Part shown: one piece after another, positions 18,081 to 27,704 of the stretch
How positions within the stretch are numbered: the first letter of the stretch is position 1
Layout of the letters: every line of letters begins with the position of its first letter
Assembly: GCA_049523135.1 (NCBI GenBank)
Contig: JBEKNE010000001.1
Coordinates: 210,095-274,094 of the forward strand
DNA: 64,000 nt
Origin: Candidatus Microgenomates bacterium
GTDB taxonomy: Bacteria > Patescibacteriota > Microgenomatia > UBA8517
Direction: 5' to 3'
Translations under genes and position numbers: made by a program
The notes under the pieces: generated by a model
Database searches by the model: none
What the model was told of the DNA's origin: nothing
What the model saw: only the letters and a program-made list of their open reading frames with translations

Positions 18081-18926
18081 ATGGTTACTTCTCTTCAAAA
18101 ATGTACTTTTTGTGGAAAACCAGTATACCGTGACAATAGAAGAATTAATGAAAGTAAAAAACGTAGGTGGAGAATATTTTGTTCTCAAAAGTGCCTTGCC
18201 CTGTCACGAAGGACTCGAAAAGAGTACATATGTGCCAGAAAGGGTTGTGGAAAGCATTTCACAAGAAATCCGGGTGAATTATATAGATCAAAGATATTTT
18301 ATTGTTCCTTAAGGTGCGCTGCTTTAGTAAATAATAAGCTACGGAAGAAAATTATCCGAATATGCCCAACTTGTAACGGAAAATTTACTGGTAAAAATAA
18401 ATATTGTTCATCTGTGTGCATACCTAAACGTGGGTCTAAGTACACAAGAGAAATTGTTATAGAAATAATCACGGAATTTTATAAAAAACATGAACGAATA
18501 CCTGTAAAAAAAGAATTGTATGGTTGTTATAGAGTAGCAAGAAAATATTTTGGAACTTGGAATAAAGCCATTGAGGCCGCTGGTTATAAACCAAATCCAG
18601 TGATGTTTTCCAATAAATATATTGCAAAAGACGGAGATAAATGTGATTCTTTGGCTGAGAAGATAATTGACGATTATTTATCAAGACGGAATATTAAGCA
18701 TATACGAAATTTCCCATACCCTGGAAATGATGGGTTTAAGGTAGATTTTAAAGTTGAAGATAATTGGATTGAATTTTTTGGTTTGTCTGGGCAATTAAAA
18801 AGTTACGATCAGATTGAGAGGAGAAAGTTAAAGCTTACTAAAAAATTGGGGATCAATTTGATAAAGATTTATCCAGAAGATCTATTTCCAATAGGTAAAC
18901 TTGACAAAAAACTAGTTTTTTCTTGA
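18081..18926 (+). CDS. Homing-endonuclease-like protein: three FCS/TRASH-type zinc fingers + HEARO-like repeat + C-terminal Vsr/DUF559-like PD-(D/E)xK nuclease domain
   Basis: Zinc fingers CTFCGK..FCSQKC, CARKGCGK..YCSLRC and CPTCNG..YCSSVC. YGCYRVARKYFGTWNKAIEAAGY resembles the homing-endonuclease-associated repeat. SLAEKIIDDYL...VDFKVEDNWIEFFG resembles the DUF559/Vsr core (VDF...IEvDG). Domain calls are from memory of family consensus. Confidence 0.55.
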   Translation: MVTSLQKCTFCGKPVYRDNRRINESKKRRWRIFCSQKCLALSRRTRKEYICARKGCGKHFTRNPGELYRSKIFYCSLRCAALVNNKLRKKIIRICPTCNGKFTGKNKYCSSVCIPKRGSKYTREIVIEIITEFYKKHERIPVKKELYGCYRVARKYFGTWNKAIEAAGYKPNPVMFSNKYIAKDGDKCDSLAEKIIDDYLSRRNIKHIRNFPYPGNDGFKVDFKVEDNWIEFFGLSGQLKSYDQIERRKLKLTKKLGINLIKIYPEDLFPIGKLDKKLVFS

Positions 18927-19232
18927 CCTTTATTTTGAATATTCGTAAAGATATGAGAAGGAAGGATGCGGAATTTCATAAAGGGTGAGGGCAAATCGCC
19001 GCCCCCTTCTCAATTCAGATGCAAGAATTACTTAGGCTAAAGATACATGAGGGTTTTATCAAAATAAAGCAAACATTTCAGGAGTAGAAGTCGTTGGTCA
19101 CGCCAGACTTGAACTTGAAAGAAAATCGGGTAGAAAAGTCTCGATGAGGAACAATTATTTGATGGGCTACAGGGACGGAAAGTCAATTGGGTCTTGAATT
19201 TTAATTTGGAAGAATGTAAAAGGAATTCTGAC

Positions 19233-20315
19233 ATGGTAAAAATAAAAAAACCCGAAGTAGAAGCTCCAGTCAAGCAGGAGGGTGGCTCTGCGAAACTTCA
19301 AGCAATAAGGCTTGCCATGGACCAGATTGAGAAACAATATGGAAAAGGCTCAATTATGCGTCTGGGTGGTGAAGGCGAAAGATACAAGATTGACGTCATC
19401 TCTACAGGTTCTATAGCGGTCGATCTAGCCCTTGGAGTAGGAGGACTACCAAGAGGTCGTATTACAGAAATCTACGGTCCTGAGGCCTCTGGTAAGACCA
19501 CGCTGGCCTTGGCGGTTATTGCTGAGGCACAGAAGCGCGGCGGGCAGTGTGCTTTTGTGGATGCCGAACACGCACTCGACCCGCAGCGTGCTGAAATCCT
19601 TGGCGTTGACCTTGATAATCTTCTTATGTCCCAGCCCGATACAGGCGAGCAGGCTCTCGAGATTACGGAAACCTTAATCCGCTCGGGTGCTATCGACGTA
19701 GTTGTTGTCGATTCCGTTGCTGCCCTTGTACCGCGTGCCGAGCTTGAAGGAGAAATGGGAGATGCTGTTATGGGAATGCAGGCACGTCTTATGTCTCAAG
19801 CCCTTCGTAAATTAACCGGTGCTATCTCCAAATCAAAAACTGTTCTTATCTTCACAAATCAACTTCGTCAGAAGATCGGAGTTATGTTTGGCAACCCTGA
19901 AACCACCCCCGGCGGACTTGCTCTTAAGTTTTATTCATCGGTAAGAATCGACCTTCGAAGAATCGAAGTTCTTAAAGACGGAGAAAAGGTAATCGGATCC
20001 CGCCATAGAGCCCGTATTGTTAAAAATAAAGTTGCACCTCCCCTCAGAGTTGCCGAATTCGATATTATGGAAACCGAAGGAATTAGTAAAACAGGTGGGC
20101 TTCTTGATGTAGGACTGGAACTTGGACTGATAGGTAAAAGCGGCTCATTCTTTAACTATCAGGGCAAGCCAATTGCACAAGGAAAAGAAGCCGCCAAGTT
20201 ATATCTAAGGGATAATCCCAAAGTTGCCGATGAAATTGATAAGAAAATCCGCGAAATGGTAGCTAGTGGTAAGAAGCTCCCCAAGGAAATTGGAGAAGAG
20301 GAAAAAGAAGAGTGA
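19233..20315 (+). CDS. recA: Recombinase RecA
   Basis: Walker [14 protein letters not shown]1/L2 loops, MAW-like core; start at MVKIKK (ATG 19233), the ORF-track start 19194 is an extension. Confidence 0.95.
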   Translation: MVKIKKPEVEAPVKQEGGSAKLQAIRLAMDQIEKQYGKGSIMRLGGEGERYKIDVISTGSIAVDLALGVGGLPRGRITEIYGPEASGKTTLALAVIAEAQKRGGQCAFVDAEHALDPQRAEILGVDLDNLLMSQPDTGEQALEITETLIRSGAIDVVVVDSVAALVPRAELEGEMGDAVMGMQARLMSQALRKLTGAISKSKTVLIFTNQLRQKIGVMFGNPETTPGGLALKFYSSVRIDLRRIEVLKDGEKVIGSRHRARIVKNKVAPPLRVAEFDIMETEGISKTGGLLDVGLELGLIGKSGSFFNYQGKPIAQGKEAAKLYLRDNPKVADEIDKKIREMVASGKKLPKEIGEEEKEE

Positions 20316-20328
20316 GTCTCTCTAAAGA

Positions 20329-20967
20329 TTAATAAATTGGTCCGTAGTGATGATGTGTTGGGGCTTGGGGACAGTTTTTAACTTCTCCCCAATACCAACC
20401 AAATTGTTCTTTATCGAATCCTGTAATTTTTTCCAAAGCCGCCTTAAACTTTTTTACTTTATTAAGCACCTCTTCATCAGGTAATTCCTCTTCAGACTTA
20501 AATTGCCTAAAATGAACATTCTTTTCATCTTGTGTAGTACTAACGGAAGTTTTAAATATGACAGTTTTCCATCTTGTAAGGATTTCCTGTTTCTTTAAAT
20601 ATAATTCTTTCTCGGTGGCATACTTATCTGCAGTTTTCTTTATAGAAGAAATATCATTAATTTTGTCTAGCTTGCTTTTAATAATGTTGTCTGGTGTTAA
20701 AGAAATTTTCTTTTCTGCGAGTTCAATTTGTTGATCAAGTTTATGGTTGAGTTGAGCACAAGATGCTGCTGGGTGAAAATCTGCGCTTTCAAGATAATGA
20801 ATGAACCCATCCGAATATCGAGTGTTACTCATTTTTTCTGTGCAAAAGTTTTCAGGGGTAAGTTCTACGCCAGTTAAGGAAGCACATATTTGTATAAGTT
20901 TGGTGTGGGGACAGTAAGGTCCTTTTTCGTAATCATCTGGATAATTGTGCCGCCTTTCATCGAACAT
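20329..20967 (-). CDS. Hypothetical protein (212 aa) antisense between recA and recX
   Basis: Clean ORF on the opposite strand; no recognizable family; N-terminal Cys/His-containing region then Lys/Glu-rich helical region. Confidence 0.5.
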   Translation of the reverse strand: MFDERRHNYPDDYEKGPYCPHTKLIQICASLTGVELTPENFCTEKMSNTRYSDGFIHYLESADFHPAASCAQLNHKLDQQIELAEKKISLTPDNIIKSKLDKINDISSIKKTADKYATEKELYLKKQEILTRWKTVIFKTSVSTTQDEKNVHFRQFKSEEELPDEEVLNKVKKFKAALEKITGFDKEQFGWYWGEVKNCPQAPTHHHYGPIY

Positions 20968-21006
20968 ACTCGCGATTGTAAAGTCATCAAGTTATAATGT
21001 CAAGAA

Positions 21007-21618
21007 ATGTCGGTAATTACTTCAATTAAACAGCAAAAAAATAAAGACAGAGTTAATGTTTATTTGGATGACAAGTTTGGCTTTGGAATTGATCTGGATA
21101 ATTTTGTTTTACTTCATCTGAAAGTTAATCAGGAACTAACTGAGCAAGAAATTGAAGAAATAGTCAAAAAGGCTGAGTTTCAAAAAACTCTGGATAAGCT
21201 TTTAAGGTTTGCGATGGTACGCCCTCGAAGTGAAAAAGAAATACGCGACTATTTCCGCCGGAAAAAAGTTCACGAAAGTCTACATGAAAAACTCTTTGAA
21301 AAACTTATGCATTTTGAACTTTTGGACGATGACAAATTTGCCGAGTGGTGGGTGGAACAGCGGACAAATTTTAAACCCAAACCAAAAAGAATTTTGATTC
21401 AGGAGTTAAGAATTAAGGGAATTGATAAAGAAATAATCGATAAAGTGTTGGGTGAAGAGGTTGTTGACGAAGAAAAGATAGCGAGAGATTTAATTGAAAA
21501 GCGCGCTTATAAATGGGAAGGTCTACCCCCTCGTGAGGCCCGGCAAAAAATATCCCAATATTTGGCAGGAAAGGGATTTAACTGGGATGTAATTGAAAAA
21601 GTGGTGGCAAAACGGTAA
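21007..21618 (+). CDS. recX: Regulatory protein RecX
   Basis: Three-helix-repeat protein with RecX-like pattern (...ALRLL..R.RSE.EIR..L...). Confidence 0.75.
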   Translation: MSVITSIKQQKNKDRVNVYLDDKFGFGIDLDNFVLLHLKVNQELTEQEIEEIVKKAEFQKTLDKLLRFAMVRPRSEKEIRDYFRRKKVHESLHEKLFEKLMHFELLDDDKFAEWWVEQRTNFKPKPKRILIQELRIKGIDKEIIDKVLGEEVVDEEKIARDLIEKRAYKWEGLPPREARQKISQYLAGKGFNWDVIEKVVAKR

Positions 21619-21720
21619 AATACCCCTAGAGTCAAAGAAAATGGTTAAAAGAACTCAAATTGCAGCTTCTTTCGCCGTAAGCCTAATTTAAGGCTAATCT
21701 TCTTTGGTTCCTAAAATAAA

Positions 21721-22884
21721 ATGACAGTAAAGGATGAATACACCGAAAAATTGGCTAAAGTGGCTAGGTTGACCTCTGATGAGGCCAGAAAGGCCCTTTT
21801 GGAGGAGGTTCAGAAGGATCTGACTTCCGAAATAGCTAAGAAAATAAGAGCTGCCGAGGAAAAAGTAAAAGAGGAAGCCAGCGAAAAGGCTCGCGAGATC
21901 CTTCTTGACGCTATGAAGCAGGGTGCAACCGGTTATGTGGCTGAATATACGGTTTCTTCAGTAACTGTGCCCAATGAAGATGCCAAGGGAAGAATAATCG
22001 GAGCGGGTGGAAGGAATATTAGGGTTTTTGAAAAAGAGACAGGAGTTGAGATGGAAATTGACGAGACTAACGAGATCAGACTTTCTTCATTTGATTCCAT
22101 AAGACGCGAAATTGCAAAGAGGGCTCTCGAAATCCTTATAAAAGATGCCAGAATCCAGCCTTCGAGAATTGAGGAAGTAATTAGACAGGTTAAAGCCCAA
22201 ATGGAAGATGTGCTTTTGGAGGAAGGCAAGAAAATTTGTCACGAGTGCGGCGTATTTAATTTGCCGGTTGAGCTTATGCGTATGATAGGGCGTTTCAGGT
22301 TCAGAACTTCTTACGGTCAAAACTTGGGAATTCATACTATTGAAGAAACAAAAATGGGGGTTGCCATTGCACTCGAAATTGGAGCCAATGCAGATATTGT
22401 GCGACTTGGATGTCTTCTTCACGATATCGGAAAAGTTGTTACCGATGAGGAAGGAAATCATATCGAACTGGGAGTTAACCTTTGCAAGAAATACGGAATG
22501 CCGAAAGAAGTAATAGCTTGTGTAGCGGAACACCATGAAGATAGACCTTTCAGCAGCAATGAAAGCGTAATTGTTTGGATGGCGGATGCAATTTCGGGAT
22601 CAAGACCTGGTGCACGCTATGAACCCCATGAAGATTATGTAAAAAGAATGAGCAATATTGAGGAAATTGCCAAAGGTTTTCCAGGTGTGGATGTTGCCTA
22701 TGCATTTCAGGCGGGTCGCGATGTCAGAGTAATTGTTAACCCGGATGAAGTTGATGATGATAAACTAACTATACTGGCCCACGATATTGCTAGAAAATTG
22801 GAAAAGGAAGCGGAATATGCAGGACAAATCAAAGTTTCGGTCATCAGGGAAGTCAGAGCTACGGAAACTACTTCGGCAAAATAG
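21721..22884 (+). CDS. rny: Ribonuclease Y-like (KH + HD domains; no N-terminal TM segment)
   Basis: KH GRIIGAGGRNIRVFEKETGVEMEID; HD motif LLHDIGK, AEHHED. Confidence 0.85.
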   Translation: MTVKDEYTEKLAKVARLTSDEARKALLEEVQKDLTSEIAKKIRAAEEKVKEEASEKAREILLDAMKQGATGYVAEYTVSSVTVPNEDAKGRIIGAGGRNIRVFEKETGVEMEIDETNEIRLSSFDSIRREIAKRALEILIKDARIQPSRIEEVIRQVKAQMEDVLLEEGKKICHECGVFNLPVELMRMIGRFRFRTSYGQNLGIHTIEETKMGVAIALEIGANADIVRLGCLLHDIGKVVTDEEGNHIELGVNLCKKYGMPKEVIACVAEHHEDRPFSSNESVIVWMADAISGSRPGARYEPHEDYVKRMSNIEEIAKGFPGVDVAYAFQAGRDVRVIVNPDEVDDDKLTILAHDIARKLEKEAEYAGQIKVSVIREVRATETTSAK

Positions 22885-23746
22885 TCTCCTTGTTGTCTTT
22901 TTTACCTTGCTTATTTTTGTAACTGTATTTGTTTATTTAAATAGATCTGTTTTTCAAACAAATTCTTCCCTATTCAAAAGATCAAATACAAGTAAGTTCG
23001 GTCAGCTGCTCGGTTCTCCGATCCCGACTCCACCCCCGACGCCAACCCCCAAACCATTAACCGTTGCCGAGATGAATACTTTGTATGGCCCTTGTGTTCA
23101 TCTGCCGGTTCTTATGTATCACCATATTCAATCTGAGGATGCGGCAAAAGCGGATAAACAGACAAATCTGACAACTTACACTGATTATTTCAAAAAGCAG
23201 ATGCAATATCTGAAAGATGACGGTTATCATGTTGCCACAATGCAAGACTTAGTCAATTTTTTTGACAACGGAACCCCAATTCCTCCTAAGAGTGTTCTTC
23301 TTACTTTTGATGACGGATATGAAGATTTTTATACGGATGCTTATCCAATTCTTCAAAGTTTTGGATATAAGGCAACCATGTTTACTCCGACTGGACTTAT
23401 GGACAATCCAGATTATCTTACATGGGATCAGATTATGTCAATGAATGGGGGGATTTTATTTGGAAATCACACATGGTCCCATAAAAATGTAGGAGTATCC
23501 GTAAGTATTATGCAATATGAAATTTCTACTGCCGATACACAGCTTTCCGATCACAATTTAAATTCTCCGAAGGTTTTTGCATATCCTTACGGTTTGGATA
23601 CTCCGGCCTCGGAAAGTTATTTGAAATCACTTGGATATAAAGCCGCATTTACTGAAATTTCCGGAAGTGTCCTTTGCAAGAAACAAAGATTTGCTTTACC
23701 CAGAATCCGGATCGGTAGTACATCTCTCTCTTCTTACGGATTTTAA
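22817..23746 (+). CDS. Polysaccharide deacetylase (NodB/CE4) family membrane-anchored protein
   Basis: TM helix then Pro/Thr linker and NodB motifs (LTFDDGY, GNHTWSH); the start is uncertain and overlaps the rny 3' end. Confidence 0.75.
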   Translation: MQDKSKFRSSGKSELRKLLRQNSLLVVFFTLLIFVTVFVYLNRSVFQTNSSLFKRSNTSKFGQLLGSPIPTPPPTPTPKPLTVAEMNTLYGPCVHLPVLMYHHIQSEDAAKADKQTNLTTYTDYFKKQMQYLKDDGYHVATMQDLVNFFDNGTPIPPKSVLLTFDDGYEDFYTDAYPILQSFGYKATMFTPTGLMDNPDYLTWDQIMSMNGGILFGNHTWSHKNVGVSVSIMQYEISTADTQLSDHNLNSPKVFAYPYGLDTPASESYLKSLGYKAAFTEISGSVLCKKQRFALPRIRIGSTSLSSYGF

Positions 23747-23768
23747 TTGTTTATATTAGTCCGAAAAC

Positions 23769-23797
23769 TTGACATTTTGTTCGCTTTCATTTATGCT
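23769..23797 (+). promoter_or_regulatory. Sigma70 promoter for hup (TTGACA - 17 - TATGCT)
   Basis: Consensus -35 TTGACA at 23769-23774 and -10 TATGCT at 23792-23797. Confidence 0.55.
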
Positions 23798-23807
23798 ACT
23801 TCGCAGA

Positions 23808-24083
23808 ATGACAAAAGCGGAACTTCTTGATCAAGTTGCAAGAAAAGCACACCTTACCAAAAAGGCGGCGGAAGAAGCAGTTGAAGTTTTTCTGGATGAA
23901 GTCGGAAGAGTTTTGGGTAAAGGAGAAAAAGTAGTTCTTTCCGGTTTCGGAACTTTTAAAGTTATCTCCATGAAAGGGAAAACCGTAAAAATTCCTAAAA
24001 CGGAAAAAATGGTTACAATTAAATCTCACAGACTTCCGCGTTTTACTCCGGGCAAAAAATTAAAGAGACAAGTAAGCCGCTAA
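23808..24083 (+). CDS. hup: DNA-binding protein HU
   Basis: MTKAELLDQVA...GFGTFKV...PRFTPGKKLK HU/IHF fold signature. Confidence 0.9.
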   Translation: MTKAELLDQVARKAHLTKKAAEEAVEVFLDEVGRVLGKGEKVVLSGFGTFKVISMKGKTVKIPKTEKMVTIKSHRLPRFTPGKKLKRQVSR

Positions 24084-24114
24084 CTCCTCAAATTCTAAGT
24101 GTTATACTAGGCTT

Positions 24115-25098
24115 ATGGACAAGGCTATTATTATTGATGGTCTAGTTAAGAATTTTGAAATTATCGAAAAAGAGCCGGGTTTAACGGGTGCCCTCAAATC
24201 TCTAATATCTCCCAAGAAAAAACTTGTACACGCCCTAAGGGGAATATCTTTTGCAATTCAGCCCGGAGAGCTTGTTGGGTTTATCGGTCCGAACGGAGCC
24301 GGTAAAACAACAACTCTTAAAACTTTATCGGGTCTGCTTTATCCGACGGGGGGATTTGTGGAAGTTTTGGAATATAATCCTTGGGAAAGAAAACCGGAAT
24401 TTTTGAAACAAATTTCCCTTGTGATGGGCCAAAAAAATCAGCTTTGGTGGGACCTTCCTGCCATCGAAACATTTGAACTTAACCGGGCGATTTATGAAAT
24501 TCCCACCCAAACATATAGGGAAACTCTTAATGAACTTATCGAACTGTTAGATATTGGAAAGCTGCTTAAAACCCCCGTAAGAAAACTTTCTTTGGGACAA
24601 AGGATGCGGATGGAACTGACAGCCGCCCTTCTTCATAAACCAAAAATATTATTCTTGGATGAACCCACAATCGGGCTTGACCTTGTTGCTCAACAAAAAG
24701 TGCGTGATTTTATTTACGATTACAATCGGAAATACAATGCAACAATTCTTCTTACATCCCACAACATGGACGATCTGACGAACCTGGCAAGGCGTGTGAT
24801 TATTATTGATAACGGAAGTATTTTATTTGACGGAGCCTTAGAGGAGTTGGTTTCTCGATTTGCTAAAGAAAAAATTATTAAAGCAACTCTTTCCGGAGAG
24901 GACAACATCGCTCAGATTGAAAAGATCGGAAAGGTTAGAAAACTTACCTTTCCTGAAGTTACTATCGCAGTTCCCAGGTCAACGGTTGCGGTTGCCGCCG
25001 CGGAACTGTTACAAAATTTTCCCGTGGATGATCTGACAATAGAAGAAATTCCGATAGAAGAAATAATCCGCAAAGTTTTTAAAGGGGAGTTAAAGTGA
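24115..25098 (+). CDS. ABC transporter ATP-binding protein (ABC-2 type exporter ATPase)
   Basis: Walker A GPNGAGKTT, signature LSLGQRMR, Walker B ILFLDEPT. Confidence 0.9.
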   Translation: MDKAIIIDGLVKNFEIIEKEPGLTGALKSLISPKKKLVHALRGISFAIQPGELVGFIGPNGAGKTTTLKTLSGLLYPTGGFVEVLEYNPWERKPEFLKQISLVMGQKNQLWWDLPAIETFELNRAIYEIPTQTYRETLNELIELLDIGKLLKTPVRKLSLGQRMRMELTAALLHKPKILFLDEPTIGLDLVAQQKVRDFIYDYNRKYNATILLTSHNMDDLTNLARRVIIIDNGSILFDGALEELVSRFAKEKIIKATLSGEDNIAQIEKIGKVRKLTFPEVTIAVPRSTVAVAAAELLQNFPVDDLTIEEIPIEEIIRKVFKGELK

Positions 25099-25121
25099 TA
25101 AGTGAAACTTGTTAGAATATC

Positions 25122-25925
25122 ATGAAAAAATATTGGAGTATCTTCAAAATCTCCTTTGAACAGGAGTTTGCATACCGTCTGAATTTTATTCTTTGGAGAG
25201 TGAGAAACGTTTTTCAGATTCTTTTGACTTATTTTCTCTGGAGTACGGTTTTTGCGAATCCCACAACACAAATTTTCGGCTACGATAGGACAAAGATTTT
25301 AACCTATGTTTTTGGAATAATGATTGTTCGGGCACTGGTTCTTTCGGCGCGGGCAATGGATGTTTCAAATGATATTTCTCAAGGAGATTTATCCAATTAT
25401 CTTTTAAAGCCTATTAGCTATTTCAAATATTGGTTTACAAGAGATATCTCCAGTAAAGCCTTAAATTTAATATTTGCGGCAGTTGAGTTTACCGGTCTTT
25501 TTATAATTTTAAGACCGCCGTTTTTCTTTCAAGGTAACCCTCTTACTTTATTAATCTTTTTGGTTAGTATAATTTTGGCAATTTTAATTTATTTTCTTCT
25601 TCTTTTTTTGATCAGTTCAATTCCTTTTTGGGCTCCTGAAATTGGCTGGGGTTCGCACTTTTTAGTTACGGTTGTCATAATAGAAGCCTTGTCGGGTTCA
25701 CTTTTCCCGATAAATATCTTACCCGGAGTTTTGCAATCGATAGTTTTGGCGACTCCATTCCCTTATCTTATTTATTTCCCTGTCGAGGTTTATCTTGGAA
25801 ATATAACAGGGGCTGCCCTTATCGGCGGCTTAATGGTTGCGACTGCCTGGTGCGGAGTTTTATGGTTTTCACTGAATTTTATCTGGCAAAAGGGACTTAA
25901 AGCCTATCAGGCGTTTGGAAGATGA
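25122..25925 (+). CDS. ABC-2 family transporter permease
   Basis: 6-TM hydrophobic protein immediately after the ATPase. Confidence 0.75.
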   Translation: MKKYWSIFKISFEQEFAYRLNFILWRVRNVFQILLTYFLWSTVFANPTTQIFGYDRTKILTYVFGIMIVRALVLSARAMDVSNDISQGDLSNYLLKPISYFKYWFTRDISSKALNLIFAAVEFTGLFIILRPPFFFQGNPLTLLIFLVSIILAILIYFLLLFLISSIPFWAPEIGWGSHFLVTVVIIEALSGSLFPINILPGVLQSIVLATPFPYLIYFPVEVYLGNITGAALIGGLMVATAWCGVLWFSLNFIWQKGLKAYQAFGR

Positions 25926-26715
25926 TATGAAAAAATTCAAGAAATATTTAAAAATTTGGTGGATGATGAGCAAAAATTCTTTTTCTATGGTTCTCAGTCA
26001 AAGGATCGCACTTTTTATGTTTTTGACGGGAAAAATTTTAAGATTTGTTTTCTTTTTCGGTTTTCTGTATTTTCTATTGCTCGGTAGCGGAAGTCTGGCA
26101 GGTTATACGGGAAACGAAATAATATTTTTCTTTTTAACCTTTAATTTGATTGATGTTATTACCCAGTTTTTATTTAGAGAAGCTTACAATTTTAGACCGA
26201 TGATAATTAATGGCGACTTTGATTTGGTTTTGGTAAAGCCTATTAGCGCTCTTTTTAGGGTATTAATGGGAGGAGCTGATGTGATTGACTTGATAACGAT
26301 CCCTCCGCTTATTGTTTTAACGGTTTATTACGGAACACTTCTTCATCCTACAATTTATGGTTTGGCATTATTTTTAGTATTGTTATTTAACGGCTACCTG
26401 ATAGCAACCGCGTTTCATGTAATTATTCTTTCCTTTGCAATTATTACGCTTGAAGTTGATCACACTGCAATGATTTATAGAGATATAACCAGTTTGGGAA
26501 GACTTCCGACAGATATTTATAAGGAGCCTCTAAAATCTTTTTTGACTTACATTGTCCCGGTGGGAATCATGATGACTCTTCCCGCAAAGGCAATGATGGG
26601 AACGGTGACCCCTGCTGTGGTAATGATTGCATTTTTGGTCGGATTTACCGCGATTTTTGTTTCTCTGAAGTTTTGGAAATATTCATTAACTAGATATTCA
26701 AGTGCCAGTAGTTAA
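25915..26715 (+). CDS. ABC-2 family transporter permease (second subunit)
   Basis: 6-TM hydrophobic protein, overlapping start with the previous permease. Confidence 0.75.
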   Translation: MEDDMKKFKKYLKIWWMMSKNSFSMVLSQRIALFMFLTGKILRFVFFFGFLYFLLLGSGSLAGYTGNEIIFFFLTFNLIDVITQFLFREAYNFRPMIINGDFDLVLVKPISALFRVLMGGADVIDLITIPPLIVLTVYYGTLLHPTIYGLALFLVLLFNGYLIATAFHVIILSFAIITLEVDHTAMIYRDITSLGRLPTDIYKEPLKSFLTYIVPVGIMMTLPAKAMMGTVTPAVVMIAFLVGFTAIFVSLKFWKYSLTRYSSASS

Positions 26716-26720
26716 ATAGT

Positions 26721-27704
26721 ATGAATAATCTTTTAGTTATTTGTGGTCCCACTTCAACAGGAAAGACGAGTTTAGGCATTACTCTTGCCAGGAAGTTTAA
26801 TGGTGAAATTATCTCGGCCGATTCCAGACAGGTTTATAAAGGAATGGATATAGGAACCGGTAAAAGCCTGCCGAAGGGGGTAAAAATAAAATTCCCATGG
26901 TTTGGAAAATATGGATATTACGAAATAAATGGGGTAAAAATCTGGGGTTATGATTTAGCCGATCCGAGGCATGGATTTAGCGTCTCACAATATCTAAAAT
27001 TTATCGAAAGAATACTTGCAGATATTAATAAAAGGGGCAAACTTCCTATTCTTGTTGGTGGAACAGGACTTTACATAAAAGGAGTAATTGAAGGAATCCC
27101 GACGGCCTTGATTCCTAGAAGCAGTCAGTTAAGGAAAAATCTGGAGATGAAAAGTCCTGAAGAGCTTTTTGAAAATCTGGCCCAAATAGATTCCATCAGA
27201 GCAGCGCAAATGAATTCTTCCGACAAGAAAAATCCAAGACGTCTGATTCGTGCCATAGAGGTTGCAACATGGAAAATAAGTAATATGGGAAAGGATCGTG
27301 ATATTGAAAAAAGGAAAGTGAATTTGAATGTTTTGGAAGTAGGGCTTACCGCTTCTGCAAAGGTAATTGAAAAAAGAATAAATTTGAGGGTAAAAAATCG
27401 TCTAAAGGAAGGGATTAAAGAAGAAATAGAACACTTGCTGAAATCCCATGTTGGTTGGGATGTGCAGTCAATGTCGTCAATAGGCTATGGCCAGTGGAAA
27501 GATTATTTTGAGGGTAGAAAACCTGAGGAAGAAGTTGTTAAAGAATGGGAAGAAGAAGAAAAAAAGTATACAGGGCGTCAAATGGTATGGTTTAAAAAAG
27601 ATAAAAAGATTGTCTGGTTTGATATATCTGACCCTGATTATCCCGAGAATGTGGACAAATTAATCGGAAAATGGCATAATAACCTAAATGTTCAGAAAAA
27701 TTGA
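26721..27704 (+). CDS. miaA: tRNA dimethylallyltransferase
   Basis: N-terminal P-loop ICGPTSTGKTSLGITLA and ISADSRQVYKGMDIGT motif. Confidence 0.9.
   Translation: MNNLLVICGPTSTGKTSLGITLARKFNGEIISADSRQVYKGMDIGTGKSLPKGVKIKFPWFGKYGYYEINGVKIWGYDLADPRHGFSVSQYLKFIERILADINKRGKLPILVGGTGLYIKGVIEGIPTALIPRSSQLRKNLEMKSPEELFENLAQIDSIRAAQMNSSDKKNPRRLIRAIEVATWKISNMGKDRDIEKRKVNLNVLEVGLTASAKVIEKRINLRVKNRLKEGIKEEIEHLLKSHVGWDVQSMSSIGYGQWKDYFEGRKPEEEVVKEWEEEEKKYTGRQMVWFKKDKKIVWFDISDPDYPENVDKLIGKWHNNLNVQKN

Noticed and set aside
18112-18312. 66-aa alternative-frame ORF inside the endonuclease-like gene
   Set aside because: It is nested in a longer ORF whose frame carries the zinc-finger and nuclease-like motifs.
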